Shown here: one piece after another, positions 58,801 through 64,000 of the stretch | Layout of the letters: each line of letters opens with the position of its first letter | Numbering within the stretch: the first letter of the stretch is position 1 | DNA from: Klebsormidium nitens | Lineage: Eukaryota; Plantae; Klebsormidiophyceae | Direction: 5' to 3' | Assembly: GCA_000708835.1 (NCBI GenBank) | Contig: DF237064.1 | Span: 1-64,000 of the forward strand | DNA length: 64,000 nt | Program-made: the position numbers and the translations under genes | The notes under the pieces: generated by a model | What the model saw: the letters and a program-made list of their open reading frames with translations, nothing else | What the model was told of the DNA's origin: nothing | Databases searched by the model: none

Positions 58801-61800
58801 TGCTTCGCGATCTCCAGCAGAAATTGAAACGCGAGCATCCAGAACGGGCGGAATCTCGAGAGGAGAGACTTCAAACGTCCACGAGAAATTGTTGAGCTTT
58901 TGAACGCGACCCCTTTGCAACAGCACTGTCGCAATTATCCGCGCAGACTGTGCTGTCGGTCCGGCCTGCGCTGAAGGCGATTCGAAACCGTACGGTAAAT
59001 AGTCCGGTAAGTCTTCTCGTAGGGCAACGACGCCGGCTGACTACCATCCAGAGCCCGCTGTCCAAATCGGACAGTGTTGCGTTTCCGGACAGAGATCCAA
59101 GATCGGACGCTCACCTGCGTACAAAAGACGTCCGCCAACGCCTGCACGCGCCGCGGCGCCTGTCGGCTGGGCTCGGACGCGTGGCCCAGCTGTCCGGAGC
59201 GTCCGCAGCCCCACGTCAGCAGCTCGCCGCCTTCCAGAACCGCAGCGCTGTGCTGCTGCCCGCACGCGATTTGCGCCGTCCGAGTTTCCGTTCCGCTCAG
59301 CGCCGGGACGAGCGCCGGAATGCGCCGCTCCTCCACGTCGTCGAAGCCCAGCTGTCCGCAATCGTTCGCGCCCCAAGCGAAAACCTGACACGTGCAATCA
59401 TGGATTTTCGGAATATGGATAAAGTAAACCACACCTAAACTGAGTAATCTTTCTACTTTTTGCTGCTCAGAGCATGTCGGGCTGTAAGTTCAATTCTGGC
59501 AATTGCAGAGGTAAAAATGCAGCAGAGAAGAGTGGCGCAAAAAGAGAATACGGATCGGTAAAATCAAAAGTAAGAGCTTTCCGAAAGAAGGAAGATAACA
59601 GAGGCTTTTCAACATCAGGCTTCGCTTGAGGCGAAGTGACTAGCACTCTTGTCTATCCATCAAGGGGGAATGTAATCTCTGACATCAATCGCGCTGAAAG
59701 GAGCAAAGCACTTACGTGACCGTTGGACAGGAGTGCTATTGAATGTTCGGCGCCACAGGCGATTTGGGCGACCGGCTGGGGCAGCTGCAGGAGAACCGGG
59801 GTCGCCCAGCTGCGGTTCCCGTTCTGCACAGTGGAACGGCGTACCATGAAACCTCCCTTGACAATCAGCATGGCCCTCAGCATTCGGAGGGAACATAAGA
59901 TCAGCATGCTGTCATGGAGGACTTTTGTGAGCCGCCCAACACCTTGAGAAGCTTCATCTGTTCAACCTCTTTTCCGTGTGCTCATCCGCATTTGCAAAGA
60001 TTTGCGCGGCCAGCGATAATCGCCCGACGGATCGTTTCTTCAGCCGTTGTGAAGCGCCTAAGTCTGAATCTTATTTACCTCGTAAAGTCGACCCTGCTGC
60101 TGATGAGAGACCAGTCACAGGATGATTCGCAACCGGTCAAGTCATAGCGTCATCCAAAACTTCGTTACCAAACTCACCCCGTTCCGGTCCCGCCGCAGCC
60201 CAAGCTGCCCCTTGTTATTATGCCCCCACATGTACAGATCCCCCGCTGACGTCAGCGCGGCCGCGTGGCGCGCGCCGGCCGCGACCGCCGTGAAAACCCT
60301 CTCCGCGAGCGCCGTGTGCGGCCGGAGGCAGAACTTGGGCCCTTCCGCGGCCGCCTGTCCTTTGACGTTGTCGCCCCAGGTGTAAATGGGGGTGTGCTTA
60401 GCTTCCCCACGCAAGAGCTGCCACACGTCGTACCTGTAAGAAGGGGGCGCGAAGATCTCGGAAGGGGTGTCGAAACTTTGGGCTTTAATAGACGCCGTTC
60501 TCAGGTGTAAATGGAGGTGTGCGTTGCGTCCCCGCGCAAGAGCTGCCCTACGTCGTGCCTGCGGAGAGGAGGGCGCGGAGAATCGGAAAGGGTTCGGTTC
60601 GGATTTGGTGAGCTTTTGGTCTGACGTTTTTGGATTTGTTTATGGGGGTATCGAGCTGTCGCTCCAGGTATAGACCGGGGTGTGCGTTGCATCACCCCTC
60701 GAGAGCTGCCACACGTCGTACCTGTGGAAGGAGGGGCTGGAATCACTCCGGAAGGTCTGAATATCTGTGGACCTCGGGTGTGTCTTGCTTTCTCTGCAAG
60801 GGCTGCCACACGTTGAACCTGTGGGAAGGGGCGCGCGTAAAACTGGGATTGGAGAAATCTGGAAGTGTCTTGGATCTGCTACGCTTTTGCTTCTGGACTT
60901 TGAAGCTATCGGCCCAAGTAAAGACTAGGGCCTGCTTCGGTTCCCCTCGGCAAGAGCTGCTTCACGTCGTGCCTGAGGGAAGAGGGCGAGGATTGCTTGA
61001 GGCGTTCAGAAACTTTTCTGTGTTGTTGTCAACCTCTTGTCGTCCGACGTGGAATTGAGAATGCGCTTCGCTTCTTCTCACAAGACTTTCCACACGTTGC
61101 GACTTTGGAATCAAGGGGGTTCAGAGTCGGAAGGCACCCGAACGACAGTCTCTCGTTTCTTTTTGTTTGCATCGATTTGACACAGGACAATCTTCGCGCA
61201 ATCCGATCCGAGGCAACACTCTGCAGCCCCGCTTTGGAGATTAGTTGACTTTGCGGTCAAAAGATGATTCAAATAGCAAAGCCCCTCACCCTTCATCGCG
61301 CCCCGCCCCGCCGACCCTGCGCGGCCGCATTGGCGCGGGCACCTCCACCCGCTGCTTCTCGATCCCCTTGATTACCGCTTCCGGCTTTTCCGCCACCACT
61401 TCGATCTCCTCCTCCCAATCGCCCGCAACGCTTTCGTCATCGACCAAAATCTCGTCCGCTTTTGTTACTTCCTCTTCTCCCCCACCCTCGAGCGCAGCCT
61501 CTTCAGTATCTTCCCCGTTTTCCACCCCCTCTTTCTGTGTCTTCGTCTGATTCTCGCTCCCCGCCTCCTCATCGCTCTCATCGTCCCCCGAACTTTCCCC
61601 CTCGCTGCTGATGCTGTCCTCAAACGAAGCCTTGACTCTGTTCTTTCGGACATTCATCCCCTTTTGTCCCATTTCAGAAGCCTTCCCTGTCCCCGGACTA
61701 CGTATCACCCCCGCACTCTTGGCAGGCAAACCGACCCCCGAAACGTTCTTCCCGGCTGCCGTCGCTCCCCCCCGCCCTGCAACACTACCAATGCTTGCTT

Positions 61801-63754
61801 CCGCTCTCCCTCTTCCCACCCCCCTCTTCGCAGCAGCTCCGCTCCAAGGCCCCAAACCGCTGCCACTTGGCGGCCGCTCGTGCGCCCTTGCCGGGAGGTG
61901 CTTCGCTCCGGGGGGGCCTCCCCCCAGGTCCGACATCCCCCCCTCCGGGAACAGGCTCGACAGCTTTTCCCTTTCCTTCTTTTTCCGCGCCTTTTCGATG
62001 CTCGCAAGGAGCTCCAACGACGGGCCCGAGGACCGCCGCTTCGCTTTTGAGCGCTTTTTCTTCAGCTTCTTCTTCGGCTTTTCTTCGGGCTGGATCGCCG
62101 CCCCGACGGCAACGACCGGTTCCGAAGCACTTTCGTCCGCATTCTCCACGTCGGAATCCCGTTCTCCGGGGGAAAGGAAATGCGGTGCCCTCGTCCCCGT
62201 TTCGGGGGGCTCGCCGTCTTTCCCCTGACCACGCCCCGCAATCAGCATCTCTGACAACTCGTCCTCCGACTCCGCCCCCTCCATTCTGAACAGTCGCGAG
62301 TCCGTCCCTTCTAACAATCGTAAGCGCGGGCTGACCTCTCCTCCCTTCTTTCGCTTCCTCATCCCTTCCTCTCCATCTACCATCTTGCTCCCCTCCATTC
62401 TGAAGTCCAGCGGCGAACCCGCCCGCGATCTGTGGCTCTTTTCGGGGGTCCGCAGCTGCGGGGGGGTCCCTGCGGGGCTCCTGACAACGACAGGTGTCGC
62501 AATGCCATTGACCACTTCCCTTGGCCGCCACGCTTCCAACTGGTGCTCAAACACCCAGTCCGAGTACGCCGACGTTTTCGCAAATATGGTTCGAAACGGG
62601 ATTCGTATCGGCTCGGGGGCTCCGTCGGCCTTCATCTGCTTTTCTGGGAGGGTGTTCACACTTTCGTTGTCAGAGCCGTGGTCCATCCACTTCCCTTCTT
62701 TCCTCGCGCCTTGTTTCTTCTTCCTGGGATCTAGAATTCCCCAGCTGCGCTTGCTTGGCGCCGTCACACTCTTCAAGGACGAAAACATGTTCCTCAGGCG
62801 CACTGGCTTCTGCTTCCCCTTTGCTTCAGGACCCTCGTATGCCCCCCGCGAAGCCTCCACCTCTTTCCGAGACACACTGCTCTGCGGCCTTGACTCCGCA
62901 AACCGACTCCTCCCCAGCTCTCGTCTCTCCCTACTGGAGGCCCCCCTTTTCCCCTCGTCGTCCGGCCCCCCCCTCGGCGGAGCATGGTCCCCCGTCAACC
63001 GCCGCAGAAACAGGGCCCGCAGGTCCAACTGCGACTCAGGCGTGCGCGCCCGCAGCCTTTGGATGTATTCACGCTCCACATCACCCACGCTCGGCTCAGG
63101 CGTGGGCTCCGGTGTGAATTCTTTCACCTCCTTCGCGGCTCGCTGCTTCGCGAGACTGTCGAGCTGCGCCGCGAGCGCCTCCCGAAATGCGAGCTCGGAA
63201 TTGACCGAGTCTTCCAAGAGCCGGGAGCTCGGCAGACTGAGGACTCGGTGCGCGTGAGCTCGTGCGAGGCTCGCCCGGTTCGCCGCCGCGAGCTGTGCCA
63301 GCTCGTCTTCCACGCTCAGGAAAGCCTTGAGCTTCTTCTTCCTTTTCTTGGCCCCAGGCATCCCATCCGAAGCTTTAGCCTTCCCTTCCGAAAGCCCCAG
63401 AGAGACGCTCCGGATTAACACCGGATGCCCCCTTTTCTGCAGCAGGGGGGTCTCCACCCTGCTCGTCGTGTGCCACGGCGACGCCCCCCGCAGCGGAGGA
63501 GGGCTCTTTCTCGGCGTGCGCTGATCTGGCGTGCTGTGATTGGAGGAGCTGTCCCTGCTCAGGGTTTCCAGCATTCTGGCTTTGAGCTCCTCTGAAAGGG
63601 CCTTCGTTTCTTCTATGTGCATGCGCAGGCTCCTGCGGCTCTCAGCAGAGGAGGAAGAGGCAATGGACTGGACGCTGGCGCCGCCCTCGGACCGGTGGGT
63701 GTCCATTTCGGACGACCGGTGAGTGTCCAGCTGAGAGGGGTGTGGACTGTCCAT
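46825..63754 (-). CDS. Giant multidomain protein (~2654 aa): low-complexity N-terminus, RCC1 repeats, several p25alpha/EF-hand-like helical repeats, TPR repeats. Exons 63754-61290, 60433-60178, 59823-59716, 59384-59115, 58070-57375, 56674-55211, 54668-54391, 53695-53542, 53135-52950, 52285-52114, 51664-51463, 50838-50698, 50167-49962, 49554-49292, 48800-48669, 48329-48225, 47691-46825
   Basis: All 16 junctions keep frame (7965 nt total; two are GC-AG). RCC1 motifs: VAAGARHAAALTSAGDLYMWGHNNKGQLG, IACGAEHS, VFAWGANDCGQLG, VACGWAHTLALASDGSVYSWGFNGNGCLG. Helical units: ALAAIFEAYC...AAWLLFLREC, LLFSRYC...AFLRICRDCQL, MTYSEFLEAL. TPR-like: LALTYHNMACCLERCGQIHKAIELLEIAL. Confidence 0.82.
60490..60985 (-). 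repeat. Four acceptor-side echoes of the first RCC1 exon
   Basis: Ycag|G(T/C)(A/T)C(G/A)ACGT..(G/A)GCAGC recurs at 60558, 60721, 60818 and 60972 versus the real acceptor at 60433. Confidence 0.9.
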
Positions 63755-64000
63755 GGCTGCAGGCCAATCTGCAGACCTCAGAGTTCAAAACCAGCTCATA
63801 ATCTCTGGAATGACTGTCAGCTGAAAATAGGAAAGGAGTGTTGGCTATGGCCTGCTAGGCAGAATCTTTGGAGAGATGACTCAGCAGGGAAGCGTCTTCA
63901 GACTCTTCTTGCAGGGCCCAATGCTGCAGGCCCTTTCCGCCGCTTGCACCATTATCTAGCTAGCGTGTGTGTCAAAGTTGATTCTCCTGCATGAGGGAAA

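Noticed and set aside
60433-60985. Echo arrays as CRISPR-like repeat-spacer arrays
   Set aside because: Repeats are diverged copies of the adjacent exon and splice site, spacing is irregular, there are no cas genes, and the host is eukaryotic.
61611-63418. Several 130-290 aa overlapping ORFs within the first exon of the giant gene (likewise at 55.6-56.8 kb)
   Set aside because: Expected stop-poor shadow frames of GC-rich coding sequence.
1-64000. RNA-guided nuclease (Fanzor/TnpB), reverse transcriptase, tyrosine recombinase or giant-virus genes
   Set aside because: Looked for RuvC, YADD-type and RHRY-type motifs and viral hallmark ORFs; none supportable by eye.

Overview
Intron-rich eukaryotic DNA. 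The gene set (LOB/LBD, LAV-type B3, UVI4/OSD1-like) and GC-rich exons point to a streptophyte green alga, possibly Klebsormidium-like; this is inference, not shown by the sequence. By splicing the sequence manually I can reconstruct eight intron-containing genes: an LBD transcription factor (3' end unresolved), a 5'-incomplete hypothetical protein, a homeodomain + B3 transcription factor, ARV1, a UVI4/OSD1-like protein, PDCD2, an ARM-repeat protein (5' end uncertain), and a 17-exon ~2650-aa RCC1 / p25alpha-EF-hand-like / TPR protein. There are also two intronless frameshifted genes (F-box/LRR and zf-MYND), one 346-N gap, and CpG-decayed intergenic tracts. The most striking unexplained structure is that introns of five of the genes carry serial, diverged copies ('echoes') of the adjacent exon end together with its splice site. 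These copies usually keep AG/GT, and several show conservative amino-acid differences from the active exon. Many introns also share an extended palindromic branch-point-like motif, CTGACGTCA. Most ORFs in the supplied track are shadow or off-frame readings. No rRNA, tRNA or CRISPR was seen.
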